From NCBI GenBank assembly GCA_963758495.1, contig CAVWVI010000001.1, positions 321,719-385,718 on the forward strand: a stretch of DNA of 64,000 bases, written 5' to 3'. Below the pieces are notes generated by a model. The model saw nothing but the letters and a program-made list of their open reading frames with translations. It was not told the DNA's origin and did no database searches. Positions 30,380 to 40,159 of the stretch are shown here, piece after piece. Position 1 is the stretch's first letter. Every line of letters starts with the position of its first letter. The translations under genes and the position numbers were made by a program. Source of the stretch: Oligoflexia bacterium. Lineage in GTDB: Bacteria > Bdellovibrionota > UBA1018.

Positions 30380-30981
30380 TCACCGGACGCAGACGACGTT
30401 ACCAGTATGTCTACGATAGGCATCGAAACGGAAGCCGCCGCAGACAAAGCCAGTGAGGCCATTAAAGCCGAAGGCGCCGTCGGTACGAGGATTCACCGAC
30501 GACGACGACGACCAAAACCATCCGCTTGCCATACCTGGAAGTGGCGTATATCCTCTCGGAGAACCCACTCCACGTGCTCTTCCTAATGCTTGAAACTGTT
30601 CTTGTGTCGGCGCATTCCCGCCATTCTGCTCGCAAAGACCTGGATGATGCAATGACCTAAACCATCTGCGTTCATCCCATCCAATTGCTCCTCTTTGATA
30701 CATTGTGCATCGGCTGCAAGAGAACTGACGGTAAAAGGAGGTACTACGCCTGTGGGATCAGTGATTCGGTACATAGGTCCCCATGCTGCAAACTCAGGGA
30801 CATAACCAGGATCGTTTGGATTTAATACAACATCTGCAACTTGAGGCACTAGTACTTCCGCTTGAACTGCTGCTGGAATAGGTAATGGCAAGGCAGATCT
30901 TTGACCATTGGAAGGTTGAAATAGACAACTCAATAAATCTGGGTAGAAGCACGCTCGTGCAACATTCAAATTAGAATCCAA
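30380..30981 (-). pseudogene. Two overlapping out-of-frame ORFs (30583-30981 and 30380-30703), possible frameshifted gene remnant
   Basis: No family recognised. One ORF begins with TTG inside the left arm of the palindrome, and the two ORFs abut in different frames. Confidence 0.2.
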
Positions 30982-31551
30982 TCCAGTGCGACCACTTCCG
31001 GCATTGAGGTCATGTCTGAGGCACTCCGAACGACTTAATGGTGGGGCTTATTTTGGCTGGTGAGGCACTTACGAGAGACTTCTGTGCTGTTAGGGTGGGA
31101 TCGCAATCCGGCTTGCCAAGGAGAAGGCGCCTCGCTTTGTTTTTCTACGGGAGAAAGGAAGCGACGCGTTATTGAAAGTAAAAGCAGAGAATCATAGAGT
31201 GATATTAGGTTCTCCTATGATTTACACACATCCTACAGAAATCGCCCAAACCAGCGCTTGGTCTCTCGACTTTATATAGGTTTGGTTAAATTTTGAGCGA
31301 AAATAATGATCCGTGAAAGATTAAAGTTCCCTGCTCTACCCCCCTTCCGCCAGCCGGATTGCGATCCCACCCTAACAGCACAGAAGTCTCTCGTAAGTGC
31401 CTCACCAGCCAAAATAAACCCCACCATTAAGTTGTCCGGAGTGCCTCAGGCATGACCTCAATGTCGGAAGCGGTCGCACTGGATTGGATTCTAATTTGAA
31501 TGTTGCACGACCGTGCTTCTACCCAGATTTATTGAGTTGTTTATTTCAACC
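30922..31551. repeat. About 630-bp imperfect palindromic element: 190-bp inverted arms (30922-31113 and 31352-31551, about 96% identical) around a 238-bp unique core
   Basis: The reverse complement of the right arm aligns to the left arm with about 7 substitutions. The inner boundaries are sharp (…GATCGCAATCCGGC). Confidence 0.8.
31173..31200 (+). promoter_or_regulatory. Sigma70-like promoter candidate in the core of the palindromic element (TTGAAA - 16 nt - TAGAGT)
   Basis: Hexamer match by eye; not validated. Confidence 0.2.
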
Positions 31552-31572
31552 TTTAGCGGATGAGTTTAATCT

Positions 31573-31914
31573 CTACCGGTTCTTGCGCGCCAGTTCGCTA
31601 TTATATTGAAAATACCGATGAATCGCTTCAACTACAGAATCCGGCTCAAGCGAAAACTCTTCGGGATGAGAAATATGAATGGTCAATACAAGCGGCGTAG
31701 TCAGCGAGTGTTCCAATGCGGCTGTGACGATGTAGTCAGCAGCTTTATCGTCCAAATCCCGTTCCAGAAAAGGCGATGGATCGAGAGAGTCGAAGAGCTG
31801 ATCGATATGATGCAAGCTCAGGTCAATATGGGTACGTCCGTTGTGTGTTCGATAGCGCGATCTGGACTGTCCACCCTCTATCTTTCCTCGGGTCATGTAC
31901 AATGATGTACCCAC
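31573..31914 (-). CDS. Hypothetical acidic protein, 113 aa
   Basis: An ORF with protein-like composition. A same-size ORF on the opposite strand makes the call uncertain. Confidence 0.3.
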   Translation of the reverse strand: MGTSLYMTRGKIEGGQSRSRYRTHNGRTHIDLSLHHIDQLFDSLDPSPFLERDLDDKAADYIVTAALEHSLTTPLVLTIHISHPEEFSLEPDSVVEAIHRYFQYNSELARKNR

Positions 31915-32041
31915 ATAGCGTGGAGCTTATCTTGATTGAATACCTGGTGCAGTTCCCATTGGCGGCTCACTTTTTGAACTTCCTTAGAACTGCCTATAGC
32001 AAGAACCGCCCCGACCAGGCGGTCCGAAAGAGGCGGGACCT

Positions 32042-33577
32042 ATGGCGTTTCGCAATCAACCGTCCATTCCTTTTAATAGCACTGAGCAGATGCTGAGCAC
32101 TGAGCAGATGCTCCAGATATTCATAGATAGCGTCAAAGACTACGCCATCATCATGCTTGATGTAGCTGGGAACATCGTGACTTGGAACACGGGCGCTGAA
32201 CACATTAAAGGATATACTGCAGAAGAGATCATTGGCGAGCACTTCTCCAAGCTTTATCCGCAGAAAGACCAAGATACAAGAAAGCCAGAACAGGAACTTA
32301 AACTAGCAACGTCTGAAGGCCGATTCGAAGATGAAGGGTGGAGAATCAAAAAAGATGGTTCTCGATTTTGGGCTAATGTAGTGATCACCCCTTTGTATGA
32401 TCACTCAGGAATGCTCTTTGGCTTTGGGAAGGTGACTCGAGACTTGACTGAACGAAAGCAAGCAGAGTGTCGGCTTAAAGCAAGTGAACAAAAGTTCAGA
32501 GGACTTTTAGACTTTGCGGCTGACGCGATTGTTATTATCAAAGCAAACGGTAAGATCGAATTTGTAAATTGCCAAACTGAGAAGAGCTTTGGATACACCA
32601 GAACTCAATTGGTAGGTCAATCCTTAGAAATACTCATGCCCGAAAGATTTCGAAACGCACACGAACATCATCGCCTTGTCTACTCTGAAAAACCTATACC
32701 TCGCCCAATGGGAACGGGACTTAGTCTGTATGGACTCAGAAACGATGGGATTGAATTCCCCATTGATATCACCATAGCTCCCCTTAAGGTGGGTACAGAG
32801 CTTTACTTGATCAGCATCGTGCGGGATATTTCTGAGCGAAAAAAACTTGAGAACGAAAGAAATCTCGCAATGCAAGCAAAAGAAGATATCCTTGGAATGG
32901 TCACTCATGACTTAAAGAATCCGCTACTAGCCATTAGCCTCAACTCAGAATTGCTATCTGCGTATCTCTTACACAAAGAAACCTTATCTGATCTTCAAAC
33001 CATTGCTGAAAGAATTCAAAACTCAACCACCCAAGCGCTGCGGCTCATTCAAGATATTTTGACAGAGAAGAAAATAAAATTGGGAACCTTCTCTTTAGAA
33101 ATAGAAGCGGTAGATTTGCATGATTTAGTCAATAGGGCTGTAGATGTGATGCAGCCCATCGCAAATAGAAAGCCACTTCGATTTGAAAAAAAGATCCCTT
33201 CAGAGAATATTCAGTTTTTTTGCGATCGAAACCGCATCTTTCAAGTGTTGTCTAATCTATTGGGCAATGCGATCAAATTTACCCCTCCTGAAGGAACCAT
33301 TTCTCTTCAAGTACGGGCGAAGCCTGATCAACTTATTTTCTTAGTCTCCGACACCGGCCCAGGAATCCCATCTAAAACTATTCCATATCTATTTAATCGC
33401 TATTGGCAAGACTCGAAGATAGCGAACGAAGGTATAGGGTTAGGTCTATCCATAGTTAAGGGAATTGTTGAAGCTCACGGTGGCAAAGTTTGGGCAGAAA
33501 GCAAAGTAGGAGTGGGAAGTAAATTCTATTTCACAATCCCTCTGGATACAAAAAAGTCTCTCAGGAGTGCTCGATAG
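32042..33577 (+). CDS. PAS-PAS sensor histidine kinase
   Basis: Two PAS segments, an H-box HDLKNPL, and HATPase_c motifs (DTGPGIP, GIGLGLSIVK). Confidence 0.8.
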   Translation: MAFRNQPSIPFNSTEQMLSTEQMLQIFIDSVKDYAIIMLDVAGNIVTWNTGAEHIKGYTAEEIIGEHFSKLYPQKDQDTRKPEQELKLATSEGRFEDEGWRIKKDGSRFWANVVITPLYDHSGMLFGFGKVTRDLTERKQAECRLKASEQKFRGLLDFAADAIVIIKANGKIEFVNCQTEKSFGYTRTQLVGQSLEILMPERFRNAHEHHRLVYSEKPIPRPMGTGLSLYGLRNDGIEFPIDITIAPLKVGTELYLISIVRDISERKKLENERNLAMQAKEDILGMVTHDLKNPLLAISLNSELLSAYLLHKETLSDLQTIAERIQNSTTQALRLIQDILTEKKIKLGTFSLEIEAVDLHDLVNRAVDVMQPIANRKPLRFEKKIPSENIQFFCDRNRIFQVLSNLLGNAIKFTPPEGTISLQVRAKPDQLIFLVSDTGPGIPSKTIPYLFNRYWQDSKIANEGIGLGLSIVKGIVEAHGGKVWAESKVGVGSKFYFTIPLDTKKSLRSAR

Positions 33578-33589
33578 GGATAAGAAAAC

Positions 33590-36500
33590 TCAGTTGTATT
33601 TCGACTTGTTAAAAATCATGGATGACGGCAAATCCAAGACTAAGCAAAAGGGCCGATAACCATCCTGAGACAAAGGAGCGGTAAATTCTACATGAATCGA
33701 CCCTCCTAGCTCTTCAATAAATCCTTTGACTGCATCCATTCCCACGCCTCGGCCTGACACTTCAGTCACCTTTTCAGCTGTGCTCAGGCCTGAGTGAAAA
33801 ATGAGCTGAGCTATTTGTTCATCGCCAGAAATCATAAAAGATGTTGTAAAAGGTGTCTGGGAAGGTATCTGGGAAGATGGCTCTGAAATAATCCCCAGAG
33901 CGATGCCCTTTTGCTTCAATTTTTTAATATTGAGCCCTTTTCCGTTATCTTGAACACGGAGCTGGTATTCGCCGTGGGGTGTGACGCTGGTCTGGATCTT
34001 AATCTCCCCAAGTTGAGCGGGAATACCGAAATCCATGCAATTTCCTAAAATGTGGCCAAAAATTCCTTCCAGCTTGAGTGTATTTGAAGAGTTGAGGAAA
34101 ATAGTGGGGCCGGTAATCTGAACGGACGGAACTTGCTTTTCAAGCTTTTCAGCAAGAGCAGGCAAGCTTTCCAATAAAGGCGTTAAAAATTCCGTGAGCG
34201 ACTGGGATAATTGAGCATCTACCCACTTTCGGACATCGTCTAGACTACCTCGGGAAAGCGCCTCTTGAACCAGCTTCCAAACAGAGGTGGCTGAACCTGG
34301 CCTTCTCCCGAGCTTATTTCGATATAGACTGTCATATTCATTCATCACGTCTTTGATCCGGGCGATGTCTTGAGTCAATCGTTCCACTTTCCAGCCCAAA
34401 ATCGAGGGCATTTTTATGTATTCGAAGTAAAACTGCTCAGCATCGTGAACTAAAGAGGTCATGTCATGGAGTTTGAAAGTGCGACTATTTCCTTTGAGTG
34501 TATGGAGATACCTGAAAATTAATTTTGACTGCTCAATGCTGAAAGAGATCCAGCTCTGTTCGGGACGTACTTGTTTCTGAGCTTCCAAATAGTTGATCAT
34601 CTGGAGAGCACTTTCAAGGTCCTGGATACTAGTTTTCCAGAAAATTTCATATCGAGAAGGCTCTAGAGCGATGAGCTGGCCGATCCTATCGAGTTCTCTT
34701 CGTTGAGCTTTAGCTTCCAATTTAGCTTTTCTCAGATCGGTCACATCTCTGAGAGTGACCATAATTTTTATGATCACCCCATTTTGATTTTCAATGGGCA
34801 CCCAATCCAATTCAAGAATCTGACGACCCGATTTTCGATTGATTTCAGCTGGCAACGTATGGTCGTTAATTGAGTACTGAAATAGGGTGTCATCGAAACT
34901 CAATTTTAATGCCTCACGAACCTGATTACGTTGGTCCGAACTTATATTTGAATCGTGAAATAAAATGTCATCAAAAATCAGTCCTTCGAGCTTGTCATTT
35001 TCCAAAATAGAATGAAGGTACTGGGAGTAGTCCCGATGAATCTTAAAATCGACGCCAAACGTAAAAACCCCGGAACGAATATTCTCTAAAATAGTTCGAA
35101 TATTTTGTTGGGACTCAAGAAGTTCTTGTGTTCTTTGTTTTACTTTATCTTCCAAAGAAGCATAAAGAAGTGCGTTTTCAATCGAAACTGCAATTTGAGA
35201 ACAAATCATCTGCAGTAACTCAAACCGATCTTTTCTAAAAGCATGGGTAGCTAGGTTGTTTTCTAAGTAAAGGATACCGACGGTTTTACCTTGGTGAATT
35301 ATAGGAAGACAGAGAAGAGATTTCGGCTTTTGACGCCTAATCCACGGATCTTGATTATATTCTTTTGATGTTGCGGCATCTTCCAAGATAACTGGGCTAG
35401 CACTTCTTGCAACATAACGGACAATAGAAATAGCAAGTGCATGACTTTGACTCAGTGGGATCGATTTGAGAACTTGTACTTCGCCCCCGGCCAAGTACGA
35501 TGCTTGGATCCACCATTCTTCGGAGTCATTTGATTCATCTTTTAATAAAATAAATCCTTTCTGTGCTCCTGCATTTTCTGCCAAAATGCTCATCATCTTC
35601 GCTAAGAGTCGTTCAAGTTGAATTTCTCCTGAGATCACTCGAGAAGCACTCATCACCGACTCTAAATCGAGCAGGCTCCCTCCTGCAGAAGTTGTTGTGG
35701 ATGAATTTGTGGATGAAAGGGACGTCGTCAGAGTGATCGAGCGTTTCGCAGACTCAGATGACAGAAAATATTCAGGATATTTGAATTCGAGGTGATCGAC
35801 TTTAGCCAGGGCTCCCCATTGTTGATAATAGAACCGAGCAAGCTGGATCAGCTTTTTAGCCTGCTCGTCACGCTTAAGTTCAAAACAATACTCTGCAAAA
35901 CGCTCGCTAGCAAATGCCGCATCACCGAGGATGGCATTGTCCTTTGCTGTTTGAATAGATTCTTCAAAAAGTGCTGAGGCTTGATTATGATCCCCAAGGA
36001 AATAGGCTAGCTCTGCCTCAACCAATAAGTACTTTTGACGAAAGTTCATCGGCGCTGACGTAGCCCATCTTTTAAGGATACCTAAATTCTGTTTGACCTT
36101 TTTGAGAGCCTTGGTTTTATGTGTACTTTTTGGCTCAGATTTGAATTTTTTAAGAAGAGCCACGCATTGAATCATAAAATAGGCAGGGTGAAGTATCATG
36201 ACCGGTTGCTCGTCAATGAGAAGGTCAGCCTTTTCACATTTTGCTAAAACGGTATCAGTAAGACCAAAGAAGCTGGCTAGATAAGCTGCAAAACCATGAG
36301 CCTGAAAAAGACTCATCATGTTTTTATCCCGTTCCAACTTTGGAACCATGACTGACTCATCGAAGATCTTTCCAAAAAGTCCCTGGGGGACCCGTGCAGG
36401 ATCCGCTAAATGGTTACCTAGAGTCTGGATGCATTGATAGCAGGTATCCGCCATCTCAAGAAAAGTGTATTGATTCATTTTCATTAAATTACTGCGTGTG

Positions 36501-39500
36501 CTCTGAACTTGAGGCAGAAGAACAGAAAATTTTTCACCACAAAAAAAATCCATCATAACTGGAGAATACGTGAAGATCGCCATCATTTCGTAATTCCCGA
36601 CCTCATAAGCCGAGGTATAGGCCTTTTTCATCATCTGGATGACATCTTTGAGGGGTGTCCACTGCCAAATAGAAAAGTACGCAGAAGGCCCAAAGACATT
36701 CGCCCGAGTGATCGCATTTCCAAATTTTTCTTGTAGGGCAAAGCCGGTCTTTTGAAACCTCTGAGCTGATTTGAGATCACCTATCCTCGCTAGAACCATT
36801 GAGTAGAGGGCATATCCCCTTCCGCTGGCAGGATGATTCCCTTTTTGAAGCGTGAGTTTGACCATCGTTCCTAAATAGATGGGTATATAGATAGGAAAGG
36901 CAATGGTGCACGCAGGACCCACTTTAAAGAGAGTCTCCATGGCTTTAGAATATTTTTCATCGGTCATGGCTGGAAAGCTGCTCACTTTTTCGACAGGAGT
37001 AAAAGCCATTCTTAACTGAGTCGCGATGATCATTTGAATGACATGAATACGTTTTGTAGTGCGGGGGTCCCTCATTTTAATTCCAAGTTTATCTAAAACT
37101 CGAAACCCTTCTAAGGTTGCTTCTGCCGGTTTTGCTTGTGCCATCAGCGCTCTGAGGTGAATAAATGAGACCTGAATATCGGTGTTCAAATCTTTGAGAT
37201 TCTTCTTCAGCGTACTGAGTACTGGCATCAGTTCGTCAAATTGATGATTGAGTAGTTTAGCTTCCCCCAGTTCCAGATAAATAGTTTGAGTCAGATTAAA
37301 ATGGGACTCCCAGGAGTTTTCAGGAAGAAAGGCTTTCGCGACTTCCAAAAACTCTAATAAGGGTTTGTAAGCAATTGCCGCTTTAGCTTTTTTTGCTGCA
37401 ATCAAATTTAACTCGATGAGCTGCATTTGATCGGACGATCCAGTCACTCGTCGTTGACCGGCATTGAAGTGGGCTATGATTTCAAAAATCTGTTCATCGA
37501 TTTGACCTTTAGGAGTATTGTTTAAGAGGATCTTACCAATTTCATAATGAATTTTCTCTTTTTCAAGTTGATCAATTAAAGAATAAGAGGCTTGCTGGAC
37601 CCGATCATGAAGAAATTTAACTTGCGCCGATTTCGCCTCTTGCTCCTGATCTGTAAGAGACTTTAAAATGCTCATTGTGTCGCCGCCCATGGGTGTCAGG
37701 AGCCCTGCTTCAACGGCTGGCCATAGATGGATGCCTACTTGAGAGGGTGGCAATTTAGAAACGACTGAAAGAGTGTGAATGGAAAAGGTACTTCCAATAC
37801 AGGCCGCGAGTTTCAAGACTTCTTGGGTTTCTTGTGGAAGTTTTTGGAGCTTTCTGACCAAGAGTTCTACCACATTATCTGTAATACCCATGGAATGAAT
37901 TTGATCCAGCTCCCACTTCCATTTATTTTCCTGAACGGAAAACCGGATCAGTTTTTCCTGATAAAGGGTATTGAGAAACTGAGCAGCGAAAAATGGGTTT
38001 CCTTGAGTTTTCTCCATAAGAAGATCTGCAAAGGAGTGCACACTCTTTTGCTCTTCTTTGAAAGTATCGCAGAGAAGTTCAATGATATTTTCAATACGAA
38101 AAGGGACTAGTTTTATAGTTTGAAAGAACTTGAATTTCTTTACCGTTTCGAGGGTGAGCATCAGTGGATGAGCGAGGTCTACTTCGTTGTCACGAAAGGC
38201 TCCAATGATCATGAGATATTTCTGATTCTCTTCAAGTAAGATCATCTTCAACAATTCCAAGGTTGGAATATCAGCCCATTGTAGATCATCCATAAAAATA
38301 ACAAGAGGATGCTCCACTTTCGTAAATACTCGTATAAAATTTAAGAAAACGGAGTTCAGCCGAAATTGCGCAGCCGATTGTTCTAATCGAGCAACTGGAG
38401 GTTGGGGGCCTAGAATAGAGGAGAGTTCGGGAATAATGTCGATGAGTACTTGTCCGTTGTCTCCCAGAGCGAGCTGAAGTTCACTTTTCCACCGTTTTAA
38501 TTCTGAGTCATTTTGAAGCATCAGGAACTTGACTAATTCCTGAAAGGCCGTTGCGAGAGCTGAGTAAGGGATATTCTTTTTATATTGGTCGTATTTTCCG
38601 CTCATAAAAAGTCCTCGGCTTTCCACCAAGGGTTTATGAACTTCATGAACGACCGAAGACTTTCCTATTCCGGAAAAACCAGAAACGAGCAAAAGTTCTG
38701 CTGCACCCTCTTTGACCTTTTGAAAAGTATCCAAAATGGTCTGAACTTCCTTTTCACGACCATAAAGTTTTTGAGGGATTTGGAAACGACTGGTGATGTC
38801 TTTCGTGCCCAGAGGGAAGTTTTCAATCTTCCCGGTCTCCTGGTACTGTTTCAAACACTGAGTTAAATCTACGATCAACCCTCCGATCCCTTGGTATCGT
38901 TTATCTGCATTTTTTTCTAAGAGCTTCAGAATGATTTTTGAAAGTACAGGTGGGATAGAAGGATTTTTTTCATGGGGAGGTATCGGAGATTTTGCCACGT
39001 GACAATGAACCATCCCCATCGGGCTGTCGGCATTGAATGGGAGTTCATGACAGAGCAATTCGTAAAGAGTCACGCCAAGTGAATAATAGTCGGACCGGCA
39101 ATCCATGGTCCGATTCATACGACCCGTTTGTTCTGGAGAAATATAGGCTAAGGTGCCTTCCAATGCTTCTGGAGGAATGGCTTCTTGTTTTTCAGCACTT
39201 AACTCTATGGCAATTCCAAAATCAAGCAGTTGAATATGTCCGGTCGATAGCTCATAAACGATATTGTCAGGCTTAATGTCTTTATGAAGAACCCCTTTAG
39301 AATGCACACGCCCTAATATTTCACAAAGCTGAATCGACAATTTTAAAACTGCTTCCAAATTCAACTTCTTCTGTCCTATGAGTTCTTTTAGAGAGTGGAA
39401 TTGACCTTCCTCTTTAAACACCAAAGTGACTTTCTGATGATCTTCAATGAGCCCTAAGCATTTGGGAATACCTGGGCCTTCAAGCTTCTGAGCCATCTGA

Positions 39501-39661
39501 CATTCATGTTGGTACCGGGCAATCTCGGCAGGAGAGGGCAGCTCCTTATCAAAACGTTTTAATATGACAGATTGATGCGTGGCGGTCTCCAGTGCTCGGT
39601 AAACCGAAGTTTTGGAGTGCTGATAAATGAGTTCAGTAATTTTGTAGTTCTTAAATTCCAC
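33590..39661 (-). CDS. 2023-aa multidomain signalling protein: N-terminal Ser/Thr protein kinase, P-loop NTPase (AAA_16/STAND-like), TPR-like region, GAF, PAS, histidine kinase core
   Basis: Kinase motifs HKDIKPDNIV, DFGIA and SPE; a Walker A segment GFSGIGKSS; and a C-terminal HATPase G-box GRGVGMDAV. Confidence 0.85.
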   Translation of the reverse strand: MEFKNYKITELIYQHSKTSVYRALETATHQSVILKRFDKELPSPAEIARYQHECQMAQKLEGPGIPKCLGLIEDHQKVTLVFKEEGQFHSLKELIGQKKLNLEAVLKLSIQLCEILGRVHSKGVLHKDIKPDNIVYELSTGHIQLLDFGIAIELSAEKQEAIPPEALEGTLAYISPEQTGRMNRTMDCRSDYYSLGVTLYELLCHELPFNADSPMGMVHCHVAKSPIPPHEKNPSIPPVLSKIILKLLEKNADKRYQGIGGLIVDLTQCLKQYQETGKIENFPLGTKDITSRFQIPQKLYGREKEVQTILDTFQKVKEGAAELLLVSGFSGIGKSSVVHEVHKPLVESRGLFMSGKYDQYKKNIPYSALATAFQELVKFLMLQNDSELKRWKSELQLALGDNGQVLIDIIPELSSILGPQPPVARLEQSAAQFRLNSVFLNFIRVFTKVEHPLVIFMDDLQWADIPTLELLKMILLEENQKYLMIIGAFRDNEVDLAHPLMLTLETVKKFKFFQTIKLVPFRIENIIELLCDTFKEEQKSVHSFADLLMEKTQGNPFFAAQFLNTLYQEKLIRFSVQENKWKWELDQIHSMGITDNVVELLVRKLQKLPQETQEVLKLAACIGSTFSIHTLSVVSKLPPSQVGIHLWPAVEAGLLTPMGGDTMSILKSLTDQEQEAKSAQVKFLHDRVQQASYSLIDQLEKEKIHYEIGKILLNNTPKGQIDEQIFEIIAHFNAGQRRVTGSSDQMQLIELNLIAAKKAKAAIAYKPLLEFLEVAKAFLPENSWESHFNLTQTIYLELGEAKLLNHQFDELMPVLSTLKKNLKDLNTDIQVSFIHLRALMAQAKPAEATLEGFRVLDKLGIKMRDPRTTKRIHVIQMIIATQLRMAFTPVEKVSSFPAMTDEKYSKAMETLFKVGPACTIAFPIYIPIYLGTMVKLTLQKGNHPASGRGYALYSMVLARIGDLKSAQRFQKTGFALQEKFGNAITRANVFGPSAYFSIWQWTPLKDVIQMMKKAYTSAYEVGNYEMMAIFTYSPVMMDFFCGEKFSVLLPQVQSTRSNLMKMNQYTFLEMADTCYQCIQTLGNHLADPARVPQGLFGKIFDESVMVPKLERDKNMMSLFQAHGFAAYLASFFGLTDTVLAKCEKADLLIDEQPVMILHPAYFMIQCVALLKKFKSEPKSTHKTKALKKVKQNLGILKRWATSAPMNFRQKYLLVEAELAYFLGDHNQASALFEESIQTAKDNAILGDAAFASERFAEYCFELKRDEQAKKLIQLARFYYQQWGALAKVDHLEFKYPEYFLSSESAKRSITLTTSLSSTNSSTTTSAGGSLLDLESVMSASRVISGEIQLERLLAKMMSILAENAGAQKGFILLKDESNDSEEWWIQASYLAGGEVQVLKSIPLSQSHALAISIVRYVARSASPVILEDAATSKEYNQDPWIRRQKPKSLLCLPIIHQGKTVGILYLENNLATHAFRKDRFELLQMICSQIAVSIENALLYASLEDKVKQRTQELLESQQNIRTILENIRSGVFTFGVDFKIHRDYSQYLHSILENDKLEGLIFDDILFHDSNISSDQRNQVREALKLSFDDTLFQYSINDHTLPAEINRKSGRQILELDWVPIENQNGVIIKIMVTLRDVTDLRKAKLEAKAQRRELDRIGQLIALEPSRYEIFWKTSIQDLESALQMINYLEAQKQVRPEQSWISFSIEQSKLIFRYLHTLKGNSRTFKLHDMTSLVHDAEQFYFEYIKMPSILGWKVERLTQDIARIKDVMNEYDSLYRNKLGRRPGSATSVWKLVQEALSRGSLDDVRKWVDAQLSQSLTEFLTPLLESLPALAEKLEKQVPSVQITGPTIFLNSSNTLKLEGIFGHILGNCMDFGIPAQLGEIKIQTSVTPHGEYQLRVQDNGKGLNIKKLKQKGIALGIISEPSSQIPSQTPFTTSFMISGDEQIAQLIFHSGLSTAEKVTEVSGRGVGMDAVKGFIEELGGSIHVEFTAPLSQDGYRPFCLVLDLPSSMIFNKSKYN

Positions 39662-40159
39662 CAGTAGACCTCTAATGGGTCCTATCGGTATGTAAGGCTA
39701 AAAAGTAAAGTAAAGTGTGAATGATCATTTTAGGGATTGATAAGTTTTGTCAGTAAAAGCTTTTGAAATGCTTGATAAATAATGGTTTCCAAGCCCCTGA
39801 ATGTCTGAGACTTTTTTGTTACGACACAAAAACATGAACAGAAACAGGAGCCTGGAATGGAACTTAAGTTATCTAAATTAGGTGAGCCGAGGCACCCGAG
39901 GTTTTTGAAGGGCTCTCTTCGTCCCTTCAAAATGTGATCAAGATAAGAAGATTTGTCTCACGACTTCAATTGTGTTTGAGAACAATCGTCATCCCAATAA
40001 GAATTCTTTTTCAGCTCTAAATGAAGTACGAAAGAAACATTGAACAGGTTGTCGACATAGTGCACTTTGCCCTCGGGAATGCTGGGTTTCTACCTTTTTC
40101 AAAAAAGGAGCAAAGTAGTTTTTTTGCACCCAAATTTCAATGTCCTCTATTTGCTTGAT

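Noticed and set aside
31606-31905. Plus-strand 99-aa ORF overlapping the minus-strand 113-aa ORF
   Set aside because: Only one can be real. The minus-strand product has more protein-like composition, and the plus-strand product is Arg/Lys-rich. Neither has family support, so only the minus ORF is listed at low confidence.
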